A model generated the notes under the pieces. That model had not been told where the DNA came from. It was given only the letters and a program-made list of their open reading frames with translations, and did no database searches. This document shows positions 1 to 10,718 of a stretch of 64,000 nt of DNA, in pieces. The stretch's first letter is position 1, and each line of letters begins with the position of its first letter. Source of the DNA: Candidatus Bathyarchaeota archaeon (GTDB lineage Archaea; Thermoproteota; Bathyarchaeia; Bathyarchaeales; Bathycorpusculaceae); contig CAWABA010000006.1 in the NCBI GenBank assembly GCA_963780185.1, forward strand, positions 352,001 to 416,000, written 5' to 3'. Both the position numbers and the translations under genes were made by a program.

Positions 1-181
1 CATAAAATAACAAAACATCGTAAATTTCCGTGCACCCGCAAATTAATATCAGAACAAAGAATTCTAGGCTTTTTTACTTGACTCTGAATTCAGTGTTCCG
101 AACTGTAATGTGAATTCTGGATTCATAATTATTATATTCAATTTTAATGTAAAAACTCTAAAATGTCAATAAAGGAGATAG

Positions 182-1021
182 GTGTCAAATTTGGAAAAAT
201 CAAAAGATCATGTTCATGCTTCCCAAGTCGAGGAATTAATGGACAACGAAAAGATTTTGATAACCGTCGGATCAGATTTTGCAAAAAGAAAAATTTCTAG
301 GAAGATTCCTACTGAGGAACAGATTGCTCTCTGGGAGCTGCAGAAAGGAAAGAGGCCATACAATGGTATGGGAAACCTCTTTCGCCAATACTCTCAATAT
401 TTACTCATGCAAAAATGGGAAGCCAACTACAATCTTAAATCTGCACTTGAAGTGCCTTTTGACCATGCCACTGATGGAATCGACGGAAACATTCTCTCAT
501 GCTATCATGACGTCTGTGTAAACGCGGACGAAACCGGCACTCAAGGCATGCTTAAGAGTATGAATAAAATTAAAGCCGAAAGCTATGATTTTGTTTGGAA
601 CTTTGGGTTCCTTCAGCGAGAACCAATTTTAATTAACGAAATGAAAAGAATTAGCAAAAGATACGTGGCAGCGTTCGTGCCAAACTACGTAAACCCTGGA
701 ACAATAGTTCATAAGTTTTATCACTCGGTCTATGGTGGCGTTTGTGTTCATCCTGAACGAGGAGATAAACGGTTCATGTGTATTCACGGTTTGGAAGAAT
801 TTTTTAAGAATGCTGGGATGCGAATCACGGAATCGGGATACGTGGATTTACCTCCCTTCTTCGATACGGTTGTAACCGTCAAAGAACTTTTTGGTTCAAA
901 GGGGCATAGGGACGTTTTAAAGATTCCAATTAATGTCAAGGGTTTACTTCCATTCGAACGCATTTCGTTCCCGAAGCGGATTCTCGCCCATCACTGCTAT
1001 GTGGTTGCTGAAAAACAATAG
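182..1021 (+). CDS. Class I SAM-dependent methyltransferase-like protein (divergent)
   Basis: SYDFVWNFGFLQ...INEMKRISKRYVAAFVPN resembles the post-motif II/III segment of type-11 methyltransferases; GGAG SD precedes the GTG start; a canonical GxGxG motif I is not obvious. Confidence 0.5.
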   Translation: MSNLEKSKDHVHASQVEELMDNEKILITVGSDFAKRKISRKIPTEEQIALWELQKGKRPYNGMGNLFRQYSQYLLMQKWEANYNLKSALEVPFDHATDGIDGNILSCYHDVCVNADETGTQGMLKSMNKIKAESYDFVWNFGFLQREPILINEMKRISKRYVAAFVPNYVNPGTIVHKFYHSVYGGVCVHPERGDKRFMCIHGLEEFFKNAGMRITESGYVDLPPFFDTVVTVKELFGSKGHRDVLKIPINVKGLLPFERISFPKRILAHHCYVVAEKQ

Positions 1022-1039
1022 GCGACGGAAAGACGGAAA

Positions 1040-1972
1040 ATGTCAACGGTATCAATTATAAAAGGCACAGATCCGAGATTAATGGTTAAGGAATCCATAG
1101 ACTTGATCGGCGGCATCGGTTCTTTTGTTAAGCCAAATGACAAAGTTTTGATCAAACCAAATTTATGTACAAACAAAACACCCGAAACTGGCGCCACTAC
1201 GGACCCACGAATAGTTCGCGCTATTATAGAGCTGATAAAACCAATTACCTCAGACATTTCAATTGTCGAATCTAACGTGGCTGGTGTGGATGCCGAATTA
1301 GTGTGGAATTTATGCGGCTATTTTGATTTGGCTCAGGAAACGGGAGTAAAACTAGTTAACTTATCTAAAAATCCCACAACTACACGAAATGGCTATCCTT
1401 TGCCGACATTGCTCTTCGAGGATTATGTGCTTGTAAATGTTCCTAAGATTAAAACCAACGAGATCACGACTATAACTTGCGGGCTAAAAAATGTCTTCGG
1501 GCTAATTGCAAATAGGCATCGGGCCAAGTACCACAAGACCATCGATAAAGTCATCGTTGATTTGAATAAGATGTTTCGATCGCGTCTCACTGTTGTCGAT
1601 GGATTGATGGGCATGGAGGGCAACGGTCCCGTCGCAGGTGACCCAGTAGAAATGAATCTTGTACTTGCTGGAGCTGATGTAGTCGCCGTGGACGCTGTTG
1701 TCTCGACAATCATTGGTGTAAATCCAACTGAAGTCTCTCATATCGTCAAATCAGTTGAAGCGAATCTGGGAACGGCTGATATGTCTCAGATCGTTACGAA
1801 AGGGCAGGACATTGGAAAGGTAAAACGAAGGTTCAAGCTGCCGTCCTCCGTTCCTCGCATGAGGCGCCTAAAATACCGATTAATGGAGCATTCTGAAATG
1901 TTTGGCATCCGCCAAGCTGTCAGCGTATTAAGCTGGTGGCGTCGAAGAAGAAACTTGAAGGAAGGTGTTTGA
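1040..1972 (+). CDS. DUF362 domain protein
   Basis: Motifs VLIKPN, TTDP, VNVPKIKT...TCGLKNVFG, VVDGLMGMEGNGP, DVVAVD characteristic of DUF362. Confidence 0.85.
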   Translation: MSTVSIIKGTDPRLMVKESIDLIGGIGSFVKPNDKVLIKPNLCTNKTPETGATTDPRIVRAIIELIKPITSDISIVESNVAGVDAELVWNLCGYFDLAQETGVKLVNLSKNPTTTRNGYPLPTLLFEDYVLVNVPKIKTNEITTITCGLKNVFGLIANRHRAKYHKTIDKVIVDLNKMFRSRLTVVDGLMGMEGNGPVAGDPVEMNLVLAGADVVAVDAVVSTIIGVNPTEVSHIVKSVEANLGTADMSQIVTKGQDIGKVKRRFKLPSSVPRMRRLKYRLMEHSEMFGIRQAVSVLSWWRRRRNLKEGV

Positions 1973-3392
1973 TTTGGACGTGACTCTGATTAATCCGCCT
2001 CACTCATTTATGGAGGCACATCGGGGTGGGAGAAAAAGTCCAAAGGCACTTCTCTCGTATCCTCCGCTTGGATTATTGTACTTAGCTTCAGTGTTGGAGA
2101 AAGAAAATATAAAAGTGAAAGTCATCGATTCTCCAGCCGACGGAAGCAACGTGGAAGACATAATTCACGTAATTGAAAACGAAAAGCCGTCTATCGTTGG
2201 AATGACAGCGACAACGCCCCAAACCCAATCAGCGGTCCATCTGGCAAAGGCTTTGAGAACAAAGTTTGAAAATACTGTGCATGTCGGGTTGGGCGGAGCG
2301 CATATAAGCGCCGATCCGGATTTCATCACGCGTTTTCCTTATTTTGATTTTGGCTTGACAGGTGAAGGGGAAACAACGTTTCTTGAGATCGTGAAGAAAA
2401 TTTTGGGCGGTGAACAAGTAAAAGGGGTTTATCATGGAGAACCATCCTCGAACCTCGACAGTGTGCCTTTTCCCGCTAGGCATCTGATCAATAGTGATCT
2501 CTACTTTATGCCGATTAATGCAAAGAAATTTACCTCTATTATCACTAGTCGAGGCTGTCCGTACGACTGTTTATATTGCAGTCGTCCAGTTATCGGCAAA
2601 AATGTTAGATATCGATCCCCAGAGAACGTAGTTACCGAGATGGAAGAATGCATACAAAAATTCGGAACTGAATGGTTCCAATTTGTCGATGACAGCTCAA
2701 CATTAAATAAAAATCATATGCTTCAGATATGCAAAGAACTGACTGATCGAAGATTAAACGTCAAATGGGGCTGCCAAACAAGAATCGACTTAGTAGATGA
2801 AACATTGCTGAAAATCATGCATGAAGCAGGTTGTCGGGAAATATCTTTCGGAGTTGAATCGGGCAGTAACAGAATCAGAACTATCCTTCGAAAAAGATTC
2901 GGCGATGAGAGCGTTTTTAAGGCCTTTAAACTTTGCCGAAAGATAGGAATCGAAACGACTGCTTTCCTTCTATTGGGGCTTCCAACTGAGACACGAGACG
3001 AGCTATATGAAACGGTGAATTTCGGGAAAAAAATTGACGCCGATTACGTTGAAGTTCATGTAAGCACGCCTTTTCCAGGATCCGACTTGTTTAATCTTGC
3101 GGTTAAGGAAGACGTTATCCCAGCTGATATCTGGGACATATATGTTGAAGGCAAATTAGGAAGCACTCTTCCACTTTATATTCCGAGCTCGCTAACACGT
3201 GAAGAAGTGCAGGAAGCTCAAAAGCAAGCCTACAAAAAATTCTATTTTAGGGCTTCATACATTTTCCGGCGGCTATCACAAGATATACACTCCTTGCAGA
3301 AGTTGAAACGGGATCTGGCAGTGGCCCGCAGTTTGACGGATTGGGGATCAAGCCTGAGAATAAAACCTGCGCACCCTGAAGCAACAAGTTGA
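1965..3392 (+). CDS. Cobalamin-dependent (class B) radical SAM protein
   Basis: N-terminal B12-binding region (PPLGLLYLASVL, LGGAH, GEGE); CxxxCxxC in SRGCPYDCLYC; FGVESG and PFPGS motifs. Confidence 0.9.
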   Translation: MFDLDVTLINPPHSFMEAHRGGRKSPKALLSYPPLGLLYLASVLEKENIKVKVIDSPADGSNVEDIIHVIENEKPSIVGMTATTPQTQSAVHLAKALRTKFENTVHVGLGGAHISADPDFITRFPYFDFGLTGEGETTFLEIVKKILGGEQVKGVYHGEPSSNLDSVPFPARHLINSDLYFMPINAKKFTSIITSRGCPYDCLYCSRPVIGKNVRYRSPENVVTEMEECIQKFGTEWFQFVDDSSTLNKNHMLQICKELTDRRLNVKWGCQTRIDLVDETLLKIMHEAGCREISFGVESGSNRIRTILRKRFGDESVFKAFKLCRKIGIETTAFLLLGLPTETRDELYETVNFGKKIDADYVEVHVSTPFPGSDLFNLAVKEDVIPADIWDIYVEGKLGSTLPLYIPSSLTREEVQEAQKQAYKKFYFRASYIFRRLSQDIHSLQKLKRDLAVARSLTDWGSSLRIKPAHPEATS

Positions 3393-3694
3393 TTGAACCG
3401 AATTTTTTCCTTTTTTTTGCAAACTAACGTTTTCGTAAGTTTATGTCCAAATATCGTTGTGCAAAGACTCCATATATTCGACGTGGCAAACTTCTTTTAA
3501 AGAAGGGTTTCATTAAAATTTTGAAATATGAATTGTGGGTTCATAATTACTATATAATACGGAAATAGTTATTTGAAATGTTGATTACATGAAGAGAAGG
3601 CTAACTGTTAACGTAGAAGTTAACCCAAATCTGCGGGTAGTTGACTTTGAGTTTTCCTATCGTGCACGGTCGCAATTAACTCTTCCCGGAAAAA

Positions 3695-6600
3695 ATGTTT
3701 TTTGAGGAGCGCCCCGTGAAAAACAAAGAAGTCTTGTTTTACGCTGCGATTTCATTTGCTTTCACACTTTGGTATTGTAGATTTGTTTTTGCCCCAAGTA
3801 GTCAAATGTTGGGTGGCTTGGCATATGTAGACAATTTTGCGAAAACTGATAATTATCAAACTCTTGCAATTATTATGACAAACCTAAAAATTGTGCATTC
3901 GGGGAACTTTCCGTTTGGGAGTTTTTGGCTTTTCAATTATTACGGGGGCGCGATTGCAACCTTCTTCCATGCGAGTTTAATCCCTTATATCGGTGACAGC
4001 TCTCTTCTAGGAATATCACTCATCACAAACAATCCTGTTCTGGGGTTAAAAATTCTTGTATGCGCATTAATTTTTGTCTCCCAATTTTGCGCTTACAAGT
4101 TTGCAAAGTTTCATTTTCATAAAACCTCCATCGCTTGGATATTTTCGTTGGCCTATTCGTTCAGTACTTTTTACTTTACTCACATTAACAACGGAGTAAT
4201 CGATTTCATCGTAGCAGCCGCGGTGCTACCTGGTGTGCTGCTCTTGTTTGAGAAAATGTTTGCCTCTCCAAATAGGACAAACATGGCTTACGCGACCTTT
4301 TCCTTAATCATCTTATTCTTTGGTGATTTACAAATAACTATCTTTTCCCTTTTCTACATCATACTGAGAATAATCTTTTACCTTGCAACGTACCAGAACA
4401 AAGAGAAAACCATCGCCCTTTTAAAGAGACTTGCAGAGGGTACAGCACTATTTGTATTATCCATCGCGCCATTTTTAATCAGTTTCTCGATGCTTCAAGA
4501 CGTCGGCACACTTTCCGTGCCCACGATCCCTTCATATTACCTAATCAATGCTTCGTTGTTCTTCCAAAGAGTCGTCAATATTTCACTGCATGAACCTGCG
4601 TCATACTATATTGGTCTAGTCATGTTAGTCTTTGCATTACTACCAATAATTGTTTATAGAAAACAGAATAAGTCAAACAACCAAAACTATCTTTTTTACT
4701 TAATCAGTTTTGTTTTTTTTCTTTTAATCGCCATAGGAACGCCTTTATCAACATTAGTGACCTCATTGTTTGTTCGAGTCCCAGAGAGAGATCAAATCCT
4801 AATCGATTTATGCATCTACATGTGTGCTGGATATGGACTTTTATCATTAAGCGAGTTAATCAACCAGAAGCTGCCAAAGATCCATTGGATAAGAAAAAGG
4901 AAACTGATTCATACTTTCCTAACTGTAGCCGTAGCAGCCGTCGTGCTTCTCGATCTAACTGCTGGAATAGCGCCAGTTACAAATCCAGTTCCACAGTTCA
5001 CAGGCGGCGACAACTTCATTAAAAATCAAACAGGTGACTTCCGAGTTCTGAGATTACCCTTTGATTTGGGGGTATTCAGATTATGAATCCCAACTCCTTA
5101 ATCATGAAATAATCGGCATGGGGGTGATTGGCCTGAGAGATTACCCTTCAAACAGCGAGCTTTTCACGTCATTATCAAATATGTGGCAAAGTATACCTCA
5201 GCGTTTAGGAGTTAATGCTGCAAACCTAACTTTGTTTTCAACTTTATGCGGCACAAAATATGTCTTAATTAAAACAAACGTTGTCGACGCAAACTATTAT
5301 GTCAATTACTTCAATAACGCATCGCAATATTTCACTCCAGTATACCAGGACAACGATTCAATAGTCTATGAGAATCTCTATTTCCAAGGCATTGCCTTTG
5401 CAGTTAAGGACAATGGAACCATTCCCAATATATCAAATCTAACACTAGACGGCCTTTCAAATATGTCTCTTCCCAACGCTCAAGTTAGCTGCACCGAAAG
5501 CTTCAACAAAATCGAAATGACAGCGGATGTATCTGAACCAGCATATGTAATCCTTAGCCAGTCTTACTATCCATACTGGGTTTTGAACAACACAAAAAAC
5601 TCGTCAGAAAGCTCATCAGCCTTCATACCGTTCCTAGGCGTTTCGGCGCTCCAAGTTGAACCTGGAACAACTACCATAAACGCAGTTTTCTCAGCTGCAG
5701 ACCAAACCTGGAATCTGTACATCTGTTGCTTTGTTCCACTTCTTTTAATCTGTCTAGTCCTTTACGCGGATTCCAAATGCAAGAAGACATTATTCAAACT
5801 TGGTTCGGCTTCATTACTTGTTTCTGGCATTATCATTGCATTTCTGAGTTTTCTGGGAACCAGCTTGGCGCCGTCGTTTTTGCCCGCTTGGACTGGTTTT
5901 GGAGTCTTTAACAAGCTGCTTTTTGGTTTAGGATTCGTGGTTATTTTAGGTGCGGTCCTTATCGTCTTCAAAGACAAAATCTTTGCGCTTCCCGGCTTGT
6001 CCCGGCTAGATAGTAAAAAATCGCTAAAACCTTTGACAAGAATAGACAAGCGGTCAAATCTGGTGTTCGAACGGGTTTCCCAATTTGGTAACCAGGTTAG
6101 CACAACGTTGAAGTCCAAGCTGATGCCTCTAGATGAACTCATCCAGAATTTACTTCGAATCTTGCTAGTTATGTTTTTGTTTTTCGTTTTCTTGGCCAAC
6201 ATTCCTGGACTGTTTTCTGACGCAAGCAGTTGGCTAAATAAAAGCGCTTTGGGCACAATCTTTTGTTTGGCGCTGTTATTCGCCATAAAAGTTTTCGTTA
6301 TAGAGAATGGAAAGAGTGCTTCGCCAACAATCGCTCCCATCAGTGAACCCTCGAAATGCGCCGCCGCAAAGCAGGATAATTTCATCGGACGTTTGCATTT
6401 AGGATTGTTAGGTGGGCTCGCAGGAGTTGTTGTTGCGGGATTGCTCATGCGCGTATTCACAACGTATTCTCATACAGTTTGTTTTCAAGGGTTTTTATTG
6501 TGTGGGTTTCTGTGCTGGGTTAGGGTTTGGGGCCTTGACGAATGGCAATGTGCGGCTGCGCGGTGCGGTTGGCTGCGTTTTCGGTTTTGTCGCCATCATT

Positions 6601-6852
6601 TTTGGGCTTATCATGACGTACACTACTCCAATAATTATTGGTTACATGGGTTCGGTTTCGACCAATTTGTCAACGCCTATTTACTTATGGCATCAGTACA
6701 CTTTCGCCCAATTCGTCGTTATGCAGCTAACGAGCCTGGATGGTTTGTATTACACATTCTTCGGGCTATTAGCGGCGTTCTTGATTGCTTCGAGATTGGC
6801 GATAAAACTCAAACTTAACAAGAAATCTTCCGATCTTACAGCGGCAAAGTGA
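3695..6852 (+). CDS. Large polytopic membrane protein, GT-C/YfhO-like glycosyltransferase (split by two frameshifts)
   Basis: ORFs 3695-5086, 5061-~6490 and 6412-6852 join into one protein: multi-TM N-half (W..YYGG loop, AYSFS, RVPER), GDFRVL, extracellular domain with VILSQSYYPYW, then more TM helices; shifts near 5060 and ~6480. Confidence 0.6.
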
Positions 6853-7179
6853 TAAAGCCCACGCTTTATCAGATTTTGCGTGTCTCCATTGGTCGCTGGT
6901 TTTTTGCCTTTTTTATTTGGGAGATATCAAATCGGCTTGCCTTTATTTGAACAAAGGCTGCCCGTTTGGCTATTACATTTTGCATCAGCTCTTTGAAGAA
7001 AATGAAAAACTAAACTTTACGAAAAATCGACGCCACTTCGGTGCTTCAGCCAAAATAAACACCAAAAAAATTGACCAAAAAGAGCGTGTGTAATTTTCAA
7101 AGACTAACCAACTTATGTTCCTAAAGATGGATTATATCTTTGTCTCTTAGCTGCTCGTCATTGTTATGACAGTTATCAT

Positions 7180-8853
7180 TTACTTCCTTGACTTTAAGAA
7201 GTAAACTATGCCAATAGCCGCCATGGCACCAAAGAATCCTGCAACAATAAAAAGTGAATATTTGACGTAGAGTGGCTGAGGAATCACAGTTACCACCAGC
7301 TGTTGGCTATCTGCACTGAAAGATGTTTTGGTTTCAAAACAAGTTGCACTAACAACCCACTGTCCACATGATTTAGGTTGGAAGGTTGCCGCAAAAGTAC
7401 CATCACTCTTTACAGCGCAATTTATCGTTTTAGTTGAGTTGACACTGTTGAATTGCACTTGAACTGTGAAGTTATTAAGGCTTGGTTTGAGAACTCCGTC
7501 GATCGTGATGTTTCCGCCAAGGCGAATTTGATCTTTGACCGCCGTTATGTTTAAAATTAACGGCTCTTTTACGGTGTAGTTGCCTGAGACTGCCAAGTTA
7601 TTCTCGAGAACATCAACTGCTTTAATTTCGTAGTTAACCAATGACCCCGTCGGCTGTCCTGGAATTGTGGCATTGCATGCTTGATTGGTGACATTCATAT
7701 TAACATCAGCTTTAGTGATCCAATTGTTGGTTGTGTATGATAGCTGCGCTTTGTCCAAATTAGCGCCGTTTGACCTGTAGGAGATTTCGGTCGGTGCGTT
7801 TGGAGAAACTCTGCTTGGAATAGTCAAGGGCGTCAAGGTGGCTTTTTCAAAATTAGTCTTCAACATAAATGTAACGTTCCCTGAACCCGCCCCGCCCATT
7901 AGCACCATCTGATACAGGTTTGTCCCCGTATTTGGTGAAGTGTAATTTAGAAACATTGATTGTCCCATGCATTCGCCGCTCGCGTAAGCTACGCCAAGGT
8001 CGCTATTAGGCTCAAAGTTGTAGCCGCCGACGGCGCCGCTTAAATTACCATACAAGCCTGGCTCCCATGGCAGTGGAAAAGAGTTTAAGCTCGGAGATCC
8101 TGGGTCATTCATTAAGTAAAGTCTTGCTTGATACATGTCAACCGTTTCTGGAACCTTTACGTATAATTCAACATATGATGCGTTGGTCACAAATTCGTAG
8201 GCCCAGTTTGTGTAGAAACTTGGGCAGCTGTCCTTTAAGCCTTCAACATGACTAGTGTACCAAGTGTCGCACTTAAGGTTCTCAATTATCATAAAGGTAG
8301 CCTGCTGCGCCCCTACACTATCATAAGGATTATTCACTATAACAAAGGAATAGTTGCCTGATTGCGCCGGCACAAAAAGCGGATCATCAACCGTTGTGCC
8401 CAAGTTTGGCGGAAGACCAGCCGACTCCGTGTGCGAACCCACCAAGTTTCCTTGCGGACCATAAACGTAAAAGTTGTAATCTGTCGTCGCCTTGGCTGGA
8501 GGATTTACCCATGATCCATAACAGTAAATATGGTAATTATGGCCTGCTTGCAAGGGGCAGATAATGGTCCAGTTTCCACCGACAGGTATCTGAGAGCCGT
8601 TAACTAGCACTGGGAACATGGGTTTTTCAACGTAAGTAAAGTTTCCTTTAGAGTTGACGTAGGTATGCACGTAGTTGTTATATTCTGAGGTGGTTGTTAA
8701 CTGGAGGCTTGAAGCTGTAGCCATGAATAAGGGACTGGTTATTAAAACTACGATTATTACCAGTGGTGGGATTTTTAGTGGGGGTTTAATTTTTGGGTTC
8801 ATGGCTAACAGCTTGCAAAGCCCGTGGTTCTGTGTATTGTGCGTGCTGGACAA
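7180..8853 (-). CDS. Secreted multi-domain beta-sheet/Ig-like surface protein with C-terminal membrane anchor
   Basis: N-terminal hydrophobic signal, many N-x-S/T sequons, C-terminal TM followed by KSRK; divergent from the pilin operon. Confidence 0.6.
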   Translation of the reverse strand: MSSTHNTQNHGLCKLLAMNPKIKPPLKIPPLVIIVVLITSPLFMATASSLQLTTTSEYNNYVHTYVNSKGNFTYVEKPMFPVLVNGSQIPVGGNWTIICPLQAGHNYHIYCYGSWVNPPAKATTDYNFYVYGPQGNLVGSHTESAGLPPNLGTTVDDPLFVPAQSGNYSFVIVNNPYDSVGAQQATFMIIENLKCDTWYTSHVEGLKDSCPSFYTNWAYEFVTNASYVELYVKVPETVDMYQARLYLMNDPGSPSLNSFPLPWEPGLYGNLSGAVGGYNFEPNSDLGVAYASGECMGQSMFLNYTSPNTGTNLYQMVLMGGAGSGNVTFMLKTNFEKATLTPLTIPSRVSPNAPTEISYRSNGANLDKAQLSYTTNNWITKADVNMNVTNQACNATIPGQPTGSLVNYEIKAVDVLENNLAVSGNYTVKEPLILNITAVKDQIRLGGNITIDGVLKPSLNNFTVQVQFNSVNSTKTINCAVKSDGTFAATFQPKSCGQWVVSATCFETKTSFSADSQQLVVTVIPQPLYVKYSLFIVAGFFGAMAAIGIVYFLKSRK

Positions 8854-9054
8854 TATCTGTTATGAAGGGTGAATCAATATTCTTAAGATACAATTGATTT
8901 CGCAATAGGTTTCTATTGTGTGTTTTGTTGTTTAGAATCTTTGCCGTTTTGGCCCCTTTTTGGGTTAGCAGCGTTTTTGTGTGTCTCTACTGTTTCATAC
9001 AGTTATTCTTAATCAGTAGTTTCAACCAGTATAGTGTGTATTAAATCTCGCTAC

Positions 9055-9070
9055 AGAAGACATTTATAAG
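9055..9070 (+). promoter_or_regulatory. Putative archaeal promoter (BRE + TATA) of the pilin operon
   Basis: Purine-rich AGAAGA followed by CATTTATAAG about 115 nt upstream of the pilin ATG; SD AGGAGGTGA at 9169-9177. Confidence 0.45.
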
Positions 9071-9184
9071 AAAAAGCCTAATTGCTAATTCAATACGAGT
9101 GAGCAAAATGATGAACCTAAAAGTTTACTTAAAATTCCCAATAACTCACTCCGTCCATCCCCCAAAACAGGAGGTGAAAACACA

Positions 9185-9823
9185 ATGAATTACAATTCTT
9201 TCCACAAGTTACTAAAAAACAAGTACGCACTAAGCACAGTCGTGACAACGCTTATTATCCTAGTAATTTCAGTGCTATTGGCAAGCGTAGTCACATACTT
9301 CGCCATCAACGTCGTCAGCACAAGAGTCCAAGAAGAAAGCTTATCCTTAACCGATGCACACGTATGGCTTAACCCCAAAGGAACCCCAGGCGACGCAGAC
9401 TACTCAATGGCTTCACTTATGGTCATCAACACTGGCGGTAGAGACGTTGTCATCAACAAACTAGCCATCAGAGGCCAAGATGCACAGTGGACATCTGACG
9501 CACAATTCATAGTCTATTCGGTAACAGATAACCCTGTAGCCACAGACATGTACTTCCAGCCTACCATGCAAGTTGGAGGAGGAGCGGCAACGCAGACCTT
9601 CTATCTGAATCCTTCTGACACAAGCCAGCCTTCATACTCGTTCAGTTACGCTTCGACAGATATGGTCCTTAGATCAGGATATACAATGCTGCTGTACATA
9701 GTGAACCCTGATAGCATCACTATAAACGACATTGGCTTAACTGTAAGCATAACGCTCTACACAGCGCAAGCGATGTACTACCAAGAATGCAACGTACAAG
9801 CATACGCTTCGATATCAACATAG
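9185..9823 (+). CDS. Archaeal type IV major pilin 1
   Basis: Class III signal peptide KNKYA|LSTVVTTLIILVISVLLA, INTGGRDVVINK core, strong SD. Confidence 0.85.
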   Translation: MNYNSFHKLLKNKYALSTVVTTLIILVISVLLASVVTYFAINVVSTRVQEESLSLTDAHVWLNPKGTPGDADYSMASLMVINTGGRDVVINKLAIRGQDAQWTSDAQFIVYSVTDNPVATDMYFQPTMQVGGGAATQTFYLNPSDTSQPSYSFSYASTDMVLRSGYTMLLYIVNPDSITINDIGLTVSITLYTAQAMYYQECNVQAYASIST

Positions 9824-9912
9824 ACGGCGCCTATAAAGCAACGACTAATAACAGGGGATAATGTTAAGAAAACCCCGATTTTTTGTTTTTTTGTTTCTTT
9901 TTGTTATGTGTA

Positions 9913-9939
9913 TTTTTTTGTATGCACAAGTTTACTTAT
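9913..9939 (+). repeat. Copy 1 of a ~26-bp duplicated intergenic element
   Basis: TTTTTTGTATGCACAAGTTTACTTAT; one mismatch to the copy at 10693-10718. Confidence 0.8.
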
Positions 9940-9969
9940 CTTACTTTTGGTGATTTGTTTTCCAGTGAA

Positions 9970-10542
9970 ATGAAAATGAAAATGAAAAATATGCTTAAGA
10001 ATCGTTTGGCTCTAAGTACGGTCGTTACTACGCTGATTGTTCTAGTTGTTTCAGTGCTTCTCGCAGGAGTCGTTACTTACTATGCTATCAACGTTACCAG
10101 CACTCGGGTTCAGGAAGAAAGCCTATCGCTGACATATCTACACGTTTGGTACAATCCAACTTCAAGTACTGCTCAAGGTGCTTTTGCCATAATTAACACT
10201 GGCGGTCGCGACGTAGTGATAAACAAAATCACAGTCAGAGGCCAATCCGCTGACTTCGGCAATGTATATACCGCGGTACAGTCACCCACCAGTGACCTTG
10301 GATACTCATCTGCACTCAGCGATGTCTACTATGGAACTACGTCTTCCTCTGTCGCCTTAACCAAGGGCACCACTGGCAGTGAAATCACCCTCAAATCAGG
10401 TGATACACTGGTCGTTTACATAAGCAGCCCAGATAGCATCACCATTAATGACATAGGCTTAACCGTTGGAATAACGGTGTTCACTTCGCAGGCAATGTAC
10501 TACCAAGAAGCTAACGTTCAAGCTTACCAGGCAAGCACCTAA
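9970..10542 (+). CDS. Archaeal type IV major pilin 2 (paralog of pilin 1)
   Basis: KNRLA|LSTVVTTLIVLVVSVLLA; shares STRVQEESLSLT, INTGGRDVVINK and PDSITINDIGLTV...QAMYYQE.NVQAY with pilin 1; start is one of the ATGs at 9970/9976/9982/9991. Confidence 0.85.
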   Translation: MKMKMKNMLKNRLALSTVVTTLIVLVVSVLLAGVVTYYAINVTSTRVQEESLSLTYLHVWYNPTSSTAQGAFAIINTGGRDVVINKITVRGQSADFGNVYTAVQSPTSDLGYSSALSDVYYGTTSSSVALTKGTTGSEITLKSGDTLVVYISSPDSITINDIGLTVGITVFTSQAMYYQEANVQAYQAST

Positions 10543-10596
10543 TAAGCTCAATAAGAACCCCCCACACCCCCACATTTCTTTTTCTTTCTCTTTTTT

Positions 10597-10690
10597 TGTT
10601 CATCAAACCATGTGACCCTGACAAGATCGCCATAAATGCCATTGGCTTAACTGTAAGTAAAACGCTCTGCAAGCTCAGAAGATGCATGAG
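10597..10690 (+). pseudogene. Degenerate fragment of a pilin C-terminal region
   Basis: Encodes PDKIAINAIGLTVSKTL versus PDSITINDIGLTVSITL in pilin 1; shares the exact 18-mer CATTGGCTTAACTGTAAG with pilin 1 near 9730. Confidence 0.75.
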
Positions 10691-10692
10691 CA

Positions 10693-10718
10693 TTTTTTGT
10701 ATGCACAAGCTTACTTAT
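10693..10718 (+). repeat. Copy 2 of the ~26-bp duplicated intergenic element
   Basis: TTTTTTGTATGCACAAGCTTACTTAT; both copies are followed by a similar TGAT..GTTTTCC segment. Confidence 0.8.

Noticed and set aside
9959-9993. TTCCAGTGAAA as an ORB origin box, and the (GAAAAT)n microrepeat as a phase-variation tract
   Set aside because: Single copy with no G-string or cdc6. The 6-bp unit keeps frame and only gives alternative MK starts of pilin 2.
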